Below are positions 39,721 through 50,663 of a stretch of 64,000 nt of DNA, one piece after another. This stretch comes from a virus. The stretch spans positions 13,054 through 77,053 of IMG/VR virus record IMGVR_UViG_3300023179_000077, one strand, 5' to 3'. The notes under the pieces are model-generated. The model was not told the DNA's origin. It ran no database searches and saw nothing but the letters and a program-made list of their open reading frames with translations. Position numbers and translations under genes: made by a program. Within the stretch, counting starts at the first letter, position 1, and each line of letters begins with the position of its first letter.

Positions 39721-42603
39721 ATGGCAGTAACTCCAGATCCACAAGACCAGGCAGAATTAAATAAGCTATATCAAGAATATATTAGACTATTAGAAATAGT
39801 TGATGGGAAAACTGCTGCTCAAGCTAAAATACAAGCAGATGCTGCTAAAGTAGCAGGAAATTTAACTAAAGAAGTAAATAGATTAAATAAAGAATTAGAT
39901 AATACTTTATTTAAATCAGATTATTTATATCAATCTTTTAAAGAAACAACAGCTGAATTAAAAAATCAAAATACTTTATTACAAGCCGGCAGATCTACAT
40001 TTAAAGGGCTTACTGATATTGCATCTAATTTAAAATATTTTCAACAAGGAATTACAGATTTAAGTGATAAACAATTAAGAAAACAAAAACAAAAACTAGA
40101 ATATAGTAAGGAAGAGTTAAAAAGTATAGTAGATAGATTATCTAATTCTAAAGGAGAATATAATAAAACAAATCAAATATTAAATTTAGAAAGAGTATTA
40201 ACAACTTTAACTGGTGAAAGAAAAAAACGAGCTGAATTAATATTAGCTAGTTTAAAAAAAGAAGAACAAGTTTATCATACTTCTAAGAATGCTTTAGAAG
40301 AAATGCTTCCTGTATTAGAAAAAGAATTACAATTTTCTAAAGATATATCTAAAGCTAGAGAATCTTTAGGAGGAATTACAACAGCGGCTGCAAAAACTAT
40401 AAGTAAATATGGTGGTTCTTTATCTGAATTTTTAGATATAAATGAGTCAATAGAAGCTGTTGAAGAATATAATAGAAAAATTATAAACAATGCTCTAACA
40501 AGAGAAGATGTTTTAAAAAGTTTACATGAAAATGAATTAAAAAGAATTAAATTAGAAGCAAAATTAGAAACAGCAACAGGAAGTGATAGAAAGAAAATAC
40601 TTGAAGAAATAAATGCTTTAGAAGAAAAAAATCTAGCAATTAAACAAAACGCTGTTAAATCTACTGATACCTTATTAAATAAAATAAAAACATTAGGAGT
40701 ATTCATACAAGGATTAGGACCTGGTCTTAAAAAAGCATTAACAGATCCAATAACATTAATTACTTTTTTTGTAACTAAAGCATTAGAAGCAAATACTCAA
40801 GCAGTAAATCTAGGAAAATCACTTGGAATTAGTGCTGAAGCTGCAACAAAGTTAAGAGAAGAATCGGTAAAGTATGTTAATAATTCTAAAGATACATTTT
40901 TAACTGTAAAACGATTAGAACAAGCTCAATCTGATTTATCTGAAGAATTAGGTATTGCTGTTCGCTTTGGTCAGAAAGAATTAGAAACTCAAGCTCGTTT
41001 AACAGAATTAACAGGTTTATCTGGTCAAGAAGCAGCTAAATTAAATAGAATTGCATCTGCTACAGGTACAACAACTGAAAAGTATGTAGGTAATTTGCGT
41101 AAAGCTGTATTTTTTGCTCAACAAGAAACTAAAACTCATTTTAATAGTCAAAAAATATTACAAGAAATATCTAAATTAAGTGCAGGTATATTAGTTAAGT
41201 TCCAAGGTAATCCTAAAGCATTAGCACAAGCTGTTGTTGAAGCTAAAAAATTAGGTACTAATTTAGATACAATAGATAAAATTGGTGATTCATTATTAGA
41301 TTGGGAATCATCAATTCAAAATGAATTAGAAGCTGAATTACTAACTGGTAGAGAAATAAATTTAGAAAGAGCACGCGCCGCTGCTTTATCAGGAGATCAA
41401 CTAGCATTAACTAGAGAAATATCAGATCAAGTTGGAACATTAGCTGATTTTCAAAATTTAAATGTAATTGCTCAGACATCATTAGCAAAATCATTTGGAT
41501 TAAGTAGAGAAGAAATGTCTGAAATGTTAATGCAACAAGAAGCTATTAATAAGTATGGAGATAAAGCTGCTAAATTAAATAAAGATCAGTTAGCAGATAT
41601 GAAAAGACAAGGACTATCTGTTGATGAATATCTTACAAAACAAGAACAACAACAAACTACTCAACAAAAAATTAATGATACTATAGCCCAATTACAAGAA
41701 AGTATAGGTAATTTAGTTGCTGGTCCTTTAGGTTCACTTATTAATTCATTAGCTAAAGGTTTAGATATTATTAGTCAAATATGGAAATTTTTTGGAAAAA
41801 TAGGTAGTGTAATTAAAGGATTTTTTGGAGATAAAATTGGAGGTATTTTAGGTGATGTTGCTTCTGTAGCTACAATAGGTGCTTTAATAGCATTAGTTAC
41901 TAAGTCAATGTTAAAAGGCACTATCTTTAATCCAATGATTGTTGAGGATGTTAGTTCTATTGGTGGAGGTGGTGGCAATAGTGGTGGAGGTGGTGGATTT
42001 AAAGGTGGTATAGGTAGAATTGGAAAAGCATTTAGCAAAGGCGGAATGAAAGGTGGTGGTAAAGCAATAGGCAGAATACTTAGTAAAACATTAAAAGGAA
42101 ATGCTCTTACAGCTTTAGTAATGGGTGGTATAGATGCTGTTACAAATTTAAGTGAAGGAAAAGGTACAGGTGAATCTATAGGAAGAGCATTAATTACAGG
42201 ATTAACATCACTTGGTGGGGGTGCTTTAGGGTCACTTATAGCACCAGGAGCTGGAACTATAGGTGGCGGCATTGCTGGTGGGATGTTAGGTGATAAAATT
42301 AGTGATTGGATTTTTGGTGATTCACAACCAGTACAAGATGGTATAGCGCCTTCAAATCAAGGACCATTTATTATTAGAAACAAATATGGTAAAACTGCAA
42401 TAACAACTAAAGGTGATAGCTTAGCAGTATCACCTAATATCAATAATGCTTCATTAAATCTTACACCAATGATTAATGCAATTAATGAAGTTAAAAATGC
42501 TATACTTAATCCACCTTCTTCTCAATTACAACCAATAAAACTTTATCTTGATAGTAAAGAAATAACAACAGCACAACAAAAATCATCACGAGGACCTATA
42601 TAA
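39721..42603 (+). CDS. Tape measure protein
   Basis: Long helical Ala/Leu-rich protein with Gly-rich hydrophobic C-terminal part; follows the chaperone genes. Confidence 0.85.
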   Translation: MAVTPDPQDQAELNKLYQEYIRLLEIVDGKTAAQAKIQADAAKVAGNLTKEVNRLNKELDNTLFKSDYLYQSFKETTAELKNQNTLLQAGRSTFKGLTDIASNLKYFQQGITDLSDKQLRKQKQKLEYSKEELKSIVDRLSNSKGEYNKTNQILNLERVLTTLTGERKKRAELILASLKKEEQVYHTSKNALEEMLPVLEKELQFSKDISKARESLGGITTAAAKTISKYGGSLSEFLDINESIEAVEEYNRKIINNALTREDVLKSLHENELKRIKLEAKLETATGSDRKKILEEINALEEKNLAIKQNAVKSTDTLLNKIKTLGVFIQGLGPGLKKALTDPITLITFFVTKALEANTQAVNLGKSLGISAEAATKLREESVKYVNNSKDTFLTVKRLEQAQSDLSEELGIAVRFGQKELETQARLTELTGLSGQEAAKLNRIASATGTTTEKYVGNLRKAVFFAQQETKTHFNSQKILQEISKLSAGILVKFQGNPKALAQAVVEAKKLGTNLDTIDKIGDSLLDWESSIQNELEAELLTGREINLERARAAALSGDQLALTREISDQVGTLADFQNLNVIAQTSLAKSFGLSREEMSEMLMQQEAINKYGDKAAKLNKDQLADMKRQGLSVDEYLTKQEQQQTTQQKINDTIAQLQESIGNLVAGPLGSLINSLAKGLDIISQIWKFFGKIGSVIKGFFGDKIGGILGDVASVATIGALIALVTKSMLKGTIFNPMIVEDVSSIGGGGGNSGGGGGFKGGIGRIGKAFSKGGMKGGGKAIGRILSKTLKGNALTALVMGGIDAVTNLSEGKGTGESIGRALITGLTSLGGGALGSLIAPGAGTIGGGIAGGMLGDKISDWIFGDSQPVQDGIAPSNQGPFIIRNKYGKTAITTKGDSLAVSPNINNASLNLTPMINAINEVKNAILNPPSSQLQPIKLYLDSKEITTAQQKSSRGPI

Positions 42604-42642
42604 AACCAATATAATTAAATATTTATACTAAATATTAAAACT

Positions 42643-42945
42643 ATGCCACTATTAGACAAATTACCAACTAGCACTTTAGGATTAGGAGGAAATAAACCAC
42701 TATCCTTTGGAGTTAATCCTATTCCTCCTGGTTCATTGCATGATACTTATTCTGTAGATAGTAATCCAAATGTAACTTGGAGATTAATTAAGAGAAATTT
42801 ACCAATGAAACCACAGCCATCTGTATTAGACGAGACTGATATTAATGCTCCTAATTTAAGACCTGTAGGTGTTGTATCACAAATATATAAATCTTCCACT
42901 GGTCGTAGATACAAAGATTTAGGTCCAAAAGAAGGACGTTATTAA
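42643..42945 (+). CDS. Small baseplate/tail protein
   Basis: 100 aa; late motif upstream. Confidence 0.5.
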   Translation: MPLLDKLPTSTLGLGGNKPLSFGVNPIPPGSLHDTYSVDSNPNVTWRLIKRNLPMKPQPSVLDETDINAPNLRPVGVVSQIYKSSTGRRYKDLGPKEGRY

Positions 42946-42954
42946 TATACATAA

Positions 42955-45135
42955 ATGCCACTTCTTGATTTAAAAACCGATTTAAAATCTCTTAAATACG
43001 GAAACGATCAACCAGGAGGAGGTAGTAGTGGCCAACCATATGTAACAACTGATATTAATACAGTTGATACAGGATTTAACCGTTTTCGAATGACTAAATT
43101 CGATGATGGTCTAGTTCGAGGGGGTGTAGTTGGTGCCGCTAATGCTTCAATTGTTGATACTATTCGTGTAGGAAAATTTCTTAAGGACTTTCCAAAAGGT
43201 CCTTTATTTATTGTTAAACAAATAGGTTTACAATTATCTAATCCTAGATTAGAAATAAAAAAATTAAAGACAGATAATCCTACCTCTGGCGGTGGATTAT
43301 TAAGAAATGTAGGTAATTTTATTCTTAATACAGCAAATAAAATTCAAAATGCTGTAGGTCCTACTCGTATTTATAATTTAGGTATCAATACGCTTGCTCA
43401 AGTACCAATTAATGCTTTTGGTCAACATATAGTAAGACATGGTTTTACTCCTAAACGCAATGATGATAATTTATATTTTAAAGTTGCTCAATATAATAAT
43501 AATGAAGATAGTAATAGATTAACTCAATTAAGATCTATATTAGGTAATACTAATGATATTGCTAATTATATTAGTGGTCCTTCATCTGTTTATGGTATTG
43601 GTAAAACAATTATTAGAAGAAGAGGTGATTTTCTTATAGTAAATCAAGATATAACTGAAAATGAATGGGCTATTAAAGGGGCTAAAGAAGCAGGAATATC
43701 ATATAGATTAATAGGACATGAAGGGGGAACAAGAGATGGTTATATAGATGCTAGTAGAAGAATAACAGATTTTACAGGAGTATCAAACCAAACAGGTTCA
43801 ATTTTAGCTTCTAATTCTTTATTTTTTAAAGATAAAAAATCTATTCAATCTGTATTTAACAGTAGAAGATATAATACTCCATTAGGATTAAACGAATACG
43901 ATAAATTATCACAATATAGTGGAAGTAATACTTGGTTTCCCCAAAATGGAGAACCAAGACGAGCTAGTTTACGAACTGATTTAGGAGTATCAAAACAATA
44001 TTTTTCAGGATCAAATATTGGTTTACCTAATTTAGATATTACTACTTATTCTCAAATAGTAACAACTAATCTTCCTATACAAGTAAATGGAAATAAAGTT
44101 ACTTCTCTTCCTGTTGGAAATAAAGGAAAAATTTCTATTAAAAATGCTTCTTATCAAAAGTATAAAGATATAATTGATTCTAAAAAATTACGAGAAACAA
44201 CTTATACTCTTGATGAAAATCAAATAAATGCTTTTGGAATATATGGTAATAGATTTCCTATAAAGGAAACTTTAGGAAATATTCTTCCAGACTCAACTCA
44301 ACTTCCTGTTTATACTAATAAAGATAAAGTAGTAAAAATAAATATTCCATGGAATAAAGTTACTCGCGAAGAAAGAGTAGGTAGTGGACTACAAGATCAA
44401 ATTAATTTAACACCTATATTTAATGCTACAGCAGGTACTCATATAGATACTGTAAATATTTCTGGAATAGGAGAAAAAAATATAAATGATTTAGTTAAAT
44501 TTAGAATTCAAGCATTAAATGGAGATAATCCTACACAGGCTAATTGGATAATATTTAGAGCATATTTAACTCAATTTTCAGATAATACAGATGCTACTTG
44601 GAATCCAGTTAAATATGTTGGTAGAGGTGAAGATTTTTATATATACAATGGATTTAGTAGAAAAATACAAATTGGTTTTAAAGTAGCAGCATTATCAGTT
44701 GAAGAAATGGAACCAATGTATCAAAAATTAAATTATTTAATGGGTAATTTAATGCCTGATTATAAAGATAATTTATTAATGAGAGGTCCTTTAGTAAAAA
44801 TGACTGTAGGTAATTGGCTTGATGGACAAGATGGTATATTAACTTCTCTTAATTATACAGTACCAAACGATTCACCTTGGGAAGTATCACTAAATACATT
44901 AAATGGTAATGAACTTTTAGAATTACCTCATATTATAGAAGTAAGTTTAGGGTTTACACCTATCGGTTCTCAAACTAAAGGTGTTAATAAAATATCTCAA
45001 AAATCTCAAACTACATCTCATATTGCTCAAAATTATAATGACTACCAATACATAAAAACACGAGCAAGATCACAAGTAATAGTACCTTCTCCTGATAGAA
45101 TTTCTGAAGAACAGTTTAATAATCCTTCATTTTAA
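42955..45135 (+). CDS. Baseplate tube-initiator-like protein
   Basis: C-terminal FRAYLTQFSD...W...KY.GRGE.FY.Y.GF.R.I...F and PW...LP motifs. Confidence 0.6.
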   Translation: MPLLDLKTDLKSLKYGNDQPGGGSSGQPYVTTDINTVDTGFNRFRMTKFDDGLVRGGVVGAANASIVDTIRVGKFLKDFPKGPLFIVKQIGLQLSNPRLEIKKLKTDNPTSGGGLLRNVGNFILNTANKIQNAVGPTRIYNLGINTLAQVPINAFGQHIVRHGFTPKRNDDNLYFKVAQYNNNEDSNRLTQLRSILGNTNDIANYISGPSSVYGIGKTIIRRRGDFLIVNQDITENEWAIKGAKEAGISYRLIGHEGGTRDGYIDASRRITDFTGVSNQTGSILASNSLFFKDKKSIQSVFNSRRYNTPLGLNEYDKLSQYSGSNTWFPQNGEPRRASLRTDLGVSKQYFSGSNIGLPNLDITTYSQIVTTNLPIQVNGNKVTSLPVGNKGKISIKNASYQKYKDIIDSKKLRETTYTLDENQINAFGIYGNRFPIKETLGNILPDSTQLPVYTNKDKVVKINIPWNKVTREERVGSGLQDQINLTPIFNATAGTHIDTVNISGIGEKNINDLVKFRIQALNGDNPTQANWIIFRAYLTQFSDNTDATWNPVKYVGRGEDFYIYNGFSRKIQIGFKVAALSVEEMEPMYQKLNYLMGNLMPDYKDNLLMRGPLVKMTVGNWLDGQDGILTSLNYTVPNDSPWEVSLNTLNGNELLELPHIIEVSLGFTPIGSQTKGVNKISQKSQTTSHIAQNYNDYQYIKTRARSQVIVPSPDRISEEQFNNPSF

Positions 45136-45141
45136 ATTATT

Positions 45142-45450
45142 ATGAATCGCTACGATAACTCAACTATATTAACAATCCAATATACTAATCGTCCATATTA
45201 TAAAGGAAAATTTTATCCTAATATTCCTTTATCAGAAAACGATGTGTATGTTATTACTACAGTTGGTGATAGACTAGATTCATTAGCATATAGTTATTAT
45301 CAAGATGTTAATTTATGGTGGATTATTGCCGCTGCTAATAATAATATTACTAAAGGAGCATTATATCCAGCACCGGGTACTCAATTAAGAATACCAACAG
45401 ATATTAATAATGTTCTTAAACAATTTAACCAATTTAATCAAGTAAGATAA
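45142..45450 (+). CDS. LysM-like baseplate wedge protein (gp53-like)
   Basis: GDRLDSLAYSYY.D..LWWIIA.AN...G..LRIP motif. Confidence 0.8.
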   Translation: MNRYDNSTILTIQYTNRPYYKGKFYPNIPLSENDVYVITTVGDRLDSLAYSYYQDVNLWWIIAAANNNITKGALYPAPGTQLRIPTDINNVLKQFNQFNQVR

Positions 45451-45454
45451 TGTT

Positions 45455-48340
45455 ATGTCTATATTTAAAGATACATTTAAATTTGGAGTTAAAACTCAAA
45501 TAGAAAAAAGACAAGAAGCTATATTTGAACGCACTCCTACAGCTGTTCAATATTATAATGCTCGCAACGCTTGGATTAGAATGACCTCTTCTGTTAATGT
45601 TAAAGGTTCTGATAGTCTAGCTAAACAATATGTTTTAATAGGAGGAGTAATAAATAATAATGGTACTTTAAAATCAGGAATAGGAAATACAAATAATAAT
45701 GCTTATAGCACAGTAACTCCTGGAGGTGGAACTAATAGACTAGGTATTCGTCCTATGCCCGGTATTACTGGAATAGATGTACAATCATTAGGTGCCTATG
45801 GATCATTAAGAAATGTAGTTGTTAATTTTGTATGCTGGGATATACGTCAATTAGAAGATTTAGAATTACTTTATATGCGCCCTGGTTATACAGTGTTAAT
45901 AGAATGGGGGTGGGCTCCTTATTTAACTAATAATAAAACATTAGGAAATATTGTTAAATTTAATGATAGTGTTTTAAATGGAGGTAAATCAAAAGAAGAT
46001 ATTTGGAAAGAAATATTTACTCAAGCTTCAGCAGATGGTAACTATGATGCAATGTATGGTAAAATACAAAATTATAGTTGGAAAGCCAGAAATGATGGAG
46101 GATATGATTGTACTGTAACAGTTATTTCTATTGGAGAAATAATAGATTCTTTAAAAGTAAATTACGTACCTGCTGACCAACCAGATATTGAAAAAAAAGG
46201 AATCATTACTAATAGAATTACATCATTACAAGATTTAAATTTACAAAGTGAAATATCAGGATCGTATTCTAAAAATATAGTAGCCGGAGTATGTCATGAA
46301 TTATATGCTATAGCAAGTGCAAGAATAACATCACCTGAAGGATCTTATAGGATAGTAGATACTATAGGATCAAATTCTTATAATTATGATTTTTATAAAT
46401 TATCTATACCTTTTACAAATGTAGATGTATCTAAAACATCTATTATTAAAAATGATGTTCAAATTTATATTACTTTAGGTTCATTTATTGAAATTTTGAA
46501 TAAATACGTTTTAATAGAAGATAGTAAGCAAGGTACATCTTATGTTAAATTATCAGTTAAAGAATCTGATATAACGTCTGATGGAAAAAAAGATTTGTTA
46601 TGTTTAGGAAATAAATATCAACTATCAACTGATTTATCTGTTTGTTTAATAGCAAATGAAGCATGGTTAAACCCAGAAGGAGAACTGGGTATTAAAGGAT
46701 CATTTAATACTTTACAAACATTTACTAAAAATGCAACTAAAAAATATTTTTATAGTGATTCAAACATAAATAATAAATATCAATTTGGTATTATAGGAAA
46801 TATATATGTTAATTTAAATTATTTATACTCTTTAATTACTGATGATAATGTTGCTTCTCAAGATCAAAATGAAAAAAATGATATTCCTGTATATAGATTT
46901 GTAAAAGATATTTTATTTGGAGTATCTAAAGCAATAGGAAACGTTGCTAATTTTGATATACATGTTGATCCTATAGATAATAATGTAGCTAAAATAATAG
47001 ATGTAAACTATATAGACACAATAAGTAGAAAAGAAGCATATGATAATGCTTTTAAATTTGAAATGCATAATACAAAATCTATAGTTAGAAACTATAGTTT
47101 AGAATCTTCAATATTTCCTAGTCAAGGAGCTATAGTAGCTATAGGTGCTCAAGTACAAGGTGGAGTTATAGGAGCAGATACAAATACATTAGTTGATTTT
47201 AATCAAAACTTAACAGATCGTATTATACCTAAAGTAAATGCTCCTGTAAAAAATAAATCATTAGAGGATGATATTAAAGCTAAAATAGATAATTTAACTA
47301 AAAACGTAAACGTAATAATAACTTTTATAACAGGTCTTGATACTAATACTTCTGAAGGAGGAGGATTTGATGTTTCTAAAACATCTGAATATTATTCTGC
47401 TTTACGAGATATAATTAATTTTTATAAAGGATTTGTTAATGTTAATAATAAAAATAGAGCTATAATACCAACTAAATTATCTCTTGAAATAGATGGTATT
47501 GGAGGAATGATAATAGGAAATATATTTAGAATTCCTGATGAAATATTACCTAAAGGATATAAAGGTGATGATGGGATAGGAGCTAAAATTGGATTTGTAG
47601 TAACTAAATTAGGTCATTCTATTCAAAATAATGACTGGATTACTAAAATAGATTCACAATTTATCATTTTAGATAATCCCAAATCGGGTATTGATGAAGC
47701 TGCTTTTCAAGAACTACAAAAACAAATAATAACATCTATACAATCAGGTAATGTTGAAGAAGCAAAAAAAATTACATCATCTGCTATATCAACTATAAAT
47801 CCACCAGAAAAAGGAAATTGGAATACTTTAAATAATACTCTTTTAACTATAGCAAATCAAGGCTCAAAAACTTGGAAAGAGCAAAGATCTAATCCTCTTA
47901 TTCTTAACACATATAAAGAAATAGGAATTCCTCAAAGTTCAGATGCTGCTGCTTGGTGTGCTGCTTTTGTAGGATATGTTTTAAAAACATCTAAATTACC
48001 TTATTTAAAAACTTTAAGTAGTTTAGCATATGCTAAATATGGTCAAGAAGTATCTCTTAATGATCCGTCAAAATGGAGAAAATGGGATATAGCAGTATGG
48101 AAACATACTACTAAACCAGGAACAGGTCATGTATCTTTTATAACAGGAGTAACAGGAACTGGAACTACACCACAAGAACCAATAAGCGCTTTTGGAGGTA
48201 ATCAATCAGATACTGTGCAAGTTTCAAAATATCCTTATAGAGGAAGTGATATGGTTTTAATTGCTGTTAGAAGAGCCTGGATTCCTCCTAATAATATATT
48301 ACCACCAGCTTCAGGAAATACTGGAGGTAATACAATATAA
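45455..48340 (+). CDS. Baseplate hub protein with C-terminal NlpC/P60-type (TIGR02594-like) cell-wall hydrolase
   Basis: C-terminal AWCAAFV..VL, GHVSF and GGNQSD motifs; N-terminal RPMPGI and LIEWGW. Confidence 0.75.
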   Translation: MSIFKDTFKFGVKTQIEKRQEAIFERTPTAVQYYNARNAWIRMTSSVNVKGSDSLAKQYVLIGGVINNNGTLKSGIGNTNNNAYSTVTPGGGTNRLGIRPMPGITGIDVQSLGAYGSLRNVVVNFVCWDIRQLEDLELLYMRPGYTVLIEWGWAPYLTNNKTLGNIVKFNDSVLNGGKSKEDIWKEIFTQASADGNYDAMYGKIQNYSWKARNDGGYDCTVTVISIGEIIDSLKVNYVPADQPDIEKKGIITNRITSLQDLNLQSEISGSYSKNIVAGVCHELYAIASARITSPEGSYRIVDTIGSNSYNYDFYKLSIPFTNVDVSKTSIIKNDVQIYITLGSFIEILNKYVLIEDSKQGTSYVKLSVKESDITSDGKKDLLCLGNKYQLSTDLSVCLIANEAWLNPEGELGIKGSFNTLQTFTKNATKKYFYSDSNINNKYQFGIIGNIYVNLNYLYSLITDDNVASQDQNEKNDIPVYRFVKDILFGVSKAIGNVANFDIHVDPIDNNVAKIIDVNYIDTISRKEAYDNAFKFEMHNTKSIVRNYSLESSIFPSQGAIVAIGAQVQGGVIGADTNTLVDFNQNLTDRIIPKVNAPVKNKSLEDDIKAKIDNLTKNVNVIITFITGLDTNTSEGGGFDVSKTSEYYSALRDIINFYKGFVNVNNKNRAIIPTKLSLEIDGIGGMIIGNIFRIPDEILPKGYKGDDGIGAKIGFVVTKLGHSIQNNDWITKIDSQFIILDNPKSGIDEAAFQELQKQIITSIQSGNVEEAKKITSSAISTINPPEKGNWNTLNNTLLTIANQGSKTWKEQRSNPLILNTYKEIGIPQSSDAAAWCAAFVGYVLKTSKLPYLKTLSSLAYAKYGQEVSLNDPSKWRKWDIAVWKHTTKPGTGHVSFITGVTGTGTTPQEPISAFGGNQSDTVQVSKYPYRGSDMVLIAVRRAWIPPNNILPPASGNTGGNTI

Positions 48341-48364
48341 TATAAAATAATATTTTATATAACT

Positions 48365-48898
48365 ATGAAAATACCAGCAAATATAATTAAAAAAAATCAA
48401 TATACAATTGGAAATGAATTTATATATAAAAATTCATATAAAGAATATCAAGGATATTATTATGAATTAAATAATAAATTTTTTGCAGGCAAAGAATTTA
48501 ATGTTAATGCTCCTATTTTAATAAAAAAAAATTCTAATGAAATAAATAAATTACTATTAAATCCAAAAACATCAGAGTACGCAAGATTATCAAATAATAA
48601 AATTAAAAATTATAAATCTTTTTCTTTTTATTTTATTCCTACTGAACAAGATATTAAAGAAGGACAAACGATTAGATATTTTTGCCAACAAGTTAATACT
48701 AAATTAATAAAAGAAATAAATAAAAAAGATTATCAAGATATTTTTTCTAATCCATTATTTGTTGTTGTTGAAATTAAATGTTATATAATTGCAGATATTT
48801 TAAATCCTGTAGGAAATAATAATTATACATTTGATGAGATTAGTTTAGAAAATGCCCAAAAAACTATACCAGAAATTAGAGCTTTTTTGGAAGGCTAA
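48365..48898 (+). CDS. Hypothetical baseplate-region protein
   Basis: YT.G.EF...Y.GYY and PT..D...G...RYF patterns. Confidence 0.5.
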   Translation: MKIPANIIKKNQYTIGNEFIYKNSYKEYQGYYYELNNKFFAGKEFNVNAPILIKKNSNEINKLLLNPKTSEYARLSNNKIKNYKSFSFYFIPTEQDIKEGQTIRYFCQQVNTKLIKEINKKDYQDIFSNPLFVVVEIKCYIIADILNPVGNNNYTFDEISLENAQKTIPEIRAFLEG

Positions 48899-48917
48899 AA
48901 AATTTTCGTTAACTTTA
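48886..48917 (+). promoter_or_regulatory. Bacteroidota-type housekeeping-sigma promoter
   Basis: TTTG-N20-TAACTTTA versus consensus TTTG-N19-21-TAnnTTTG, at the start of the replication block. Confidence 0.6.
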
Positions 48918-48937
48918 AACTATAAAGGTTATGATAT

Positions 48938-50233
48938 ATGTTTTATATTATAGAGCGCTCAGATCAATTGTTTTCTCAATCGTTTAACGATTGTTTCGTT
49001 AGATTTATTTCTAAAAACGATAATTATCATCCGTCACTCACGTCACTAAGTCTAATATACGTTAGACCGCTTGATGGAAAGAAAGGATACATTTTGTGTT
49101 TAGATCACAATGAATCGTTTAGTATACCTCAAACTGAAATTATTAATTGGCTACTTAATAATACAGGTAAACTGTGGGTATTGAACAAAAAAGAAGCACT
49201 ACATTGGGTATATCCACTAGCTGATAAATTATACGATGCTCATCTACTCGAATTTATTGACTTAACTGAAATATTAGGAAATAATTGTATTAATCATTAT
49301 TATAGAAATAATATTAATTTACCTAATATTAATTGCTTAATACCAATCAGTAAACACTATGAAGAATGTGAAAAAATATTTCAAGCAACACTACCTATAA
49401 TACAAAAATACACACCCAGTAATACACAATTCCAATTTCAAAATTTTAATACAGTAAACGTATTCTATAATATAGAAAAAAACGGCATAAAAGTAGATAA
49501 AAACTGCTTTATTGACTGTTATGGCGATGATTTAAAATATCCCGAGTTTAGTTTATTTAAGGGAAGAATATATTCTTCTTATAATTTAAATACTACTACG
49601 TCTCGTCCGTCAAACACATATAACACTATTAATTTCGCAGCACTGAATAAAACAAACGGAGAACGTTTATGTTATAAACCAAATAACGATTCATTTATAG
49701 AGATAGACATTCAGGGCTATCATCCACGCTTAATAGGTGAATTAGTTGGTTTTGAATTTCCTAAAGATAAAAACACATATGATTACTTAGGTGAATTACT
49801 TAATGTATCACAGCAGGAAGCTAAAGAATTAACGTTTAAGCAGTTATATGGTGGTGTTTGGAGTGAATATCGTGATAAACCATTCTTTAAAGACGTAATA
49901 AAATACATTGATAATTTATGGAATACATACCAATATAATGGTTACTACGAAACTAAAAATAAAATATTTATACGTGACAAAACAATGACAATTAATAAAT
50001 TATTTAATTATGTAATTCAAAGTTATGAAACATCAACTAATGTTCAGTTACTTGAATTAATTTTAAATCATTTAAAAGATAAAAAAACAAAACTAGTACT
50101 ATACACGTATGATGCTTTCTTATTTGATTATAACAAAGAAGATATTAATTTAATTCAAGAAATAATAAATATACTAAAATACCCAGTAAATATCAAACAA
50201 GGCAAAACATATCACAGTTTAACCAAAATCTAA
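48938..50233 (+). CDS. Short divergent family A DNA polymerase
   Basis: TTTSRPS; motif A EIDIQGYHPRL; motif B AKELTFKQLYG; motif C YTYDAFLFD. Confidence 0.8.
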   Translation: MFYIIERSDQLFSQSFNDCFVRFISKNDNYHPSLTSLSLIYVRPLDGKKGYILCLDHNESFSIPQTEIINWLLNNTGKLWVLNKKEALHWVYPLADKLYDAHLLEFIDLTEILGNNCINHYYRNNINLPNINCLIPISKHYEECEKIFQATLPIIQKYTPSNTQFQFQNFNTVNVFYNIEKNGIKVDKNCFIDCYGDDLKYPEFSLFKGRIYSSYNLNTTTSRPSNTYNTINFAALNKTNGERLCYKPNNDSFIEIDIQGYHPRLIGELVGFEFPKDKNTYDYLGELLNVSQQEAKELTFKQLYGGVWSEYRDKPFFKDVIKYIDNLWNTYQYNGYYETKNKIFIRDKTMTINKLFNYVIQSYETSTNVQLLELILNHLKDKKTKLVLYTYDAFLFDYNKEDINLIQEIINILKYPVNIKQGKTYHSLTKI

Positions 50234-50239
50234 ATATTT

Positions 50240-50662
50240 ATGACAGAACATTATAATTTATTTGATCAATTGAATAAACTTTTCTGTACATTCACTTTAC
50301 CGGACGAACTAGAATCTACTATTAATAATATTAACCGCCGCTATGTTATATTATATAATAAAATATTCATACTCGAATCGCCTCAAAGTAACGAGTTAAT
50401 ATGCACTTATAACATAGACACCGGCAACGTTGCCGACAGCCCATTACCAAATACTATTCTAGTACATCGTAAAAAAGAATCAAACACACTCTACACTATC
50501 AATGCTTTAAATGCATTGATTAGACAACTTAATGAAGGAAGGCTAGATAAAAATTATATGGTTAATTGGTTAGACTATAGAAACTGTATATTATTGAATA
50601 ATGGCCCTGAATTACGTCGTTTAGATACAGCTATTTATAAAATTATAGACTTAGGTAAATAA
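50240..50662 (+). CDS. Hypothetical protein
   Basis: 140-aa ORF containing HRKKESNTLYTINALN. Confidence 0.6.
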   Translation: MTEHYNLFDQLNKLFCTFTLPDELESTINNINRRYVILYNKIFILESPQSNELICTYNIDTGNVADSPLPNTILVHRKKESNTLYTINALNALIRQLNEGRLDKNYMVNWLDYRNCILLNNGPELRRLDTAIYKIIDLGK

Positions 50663-50663
50663 A

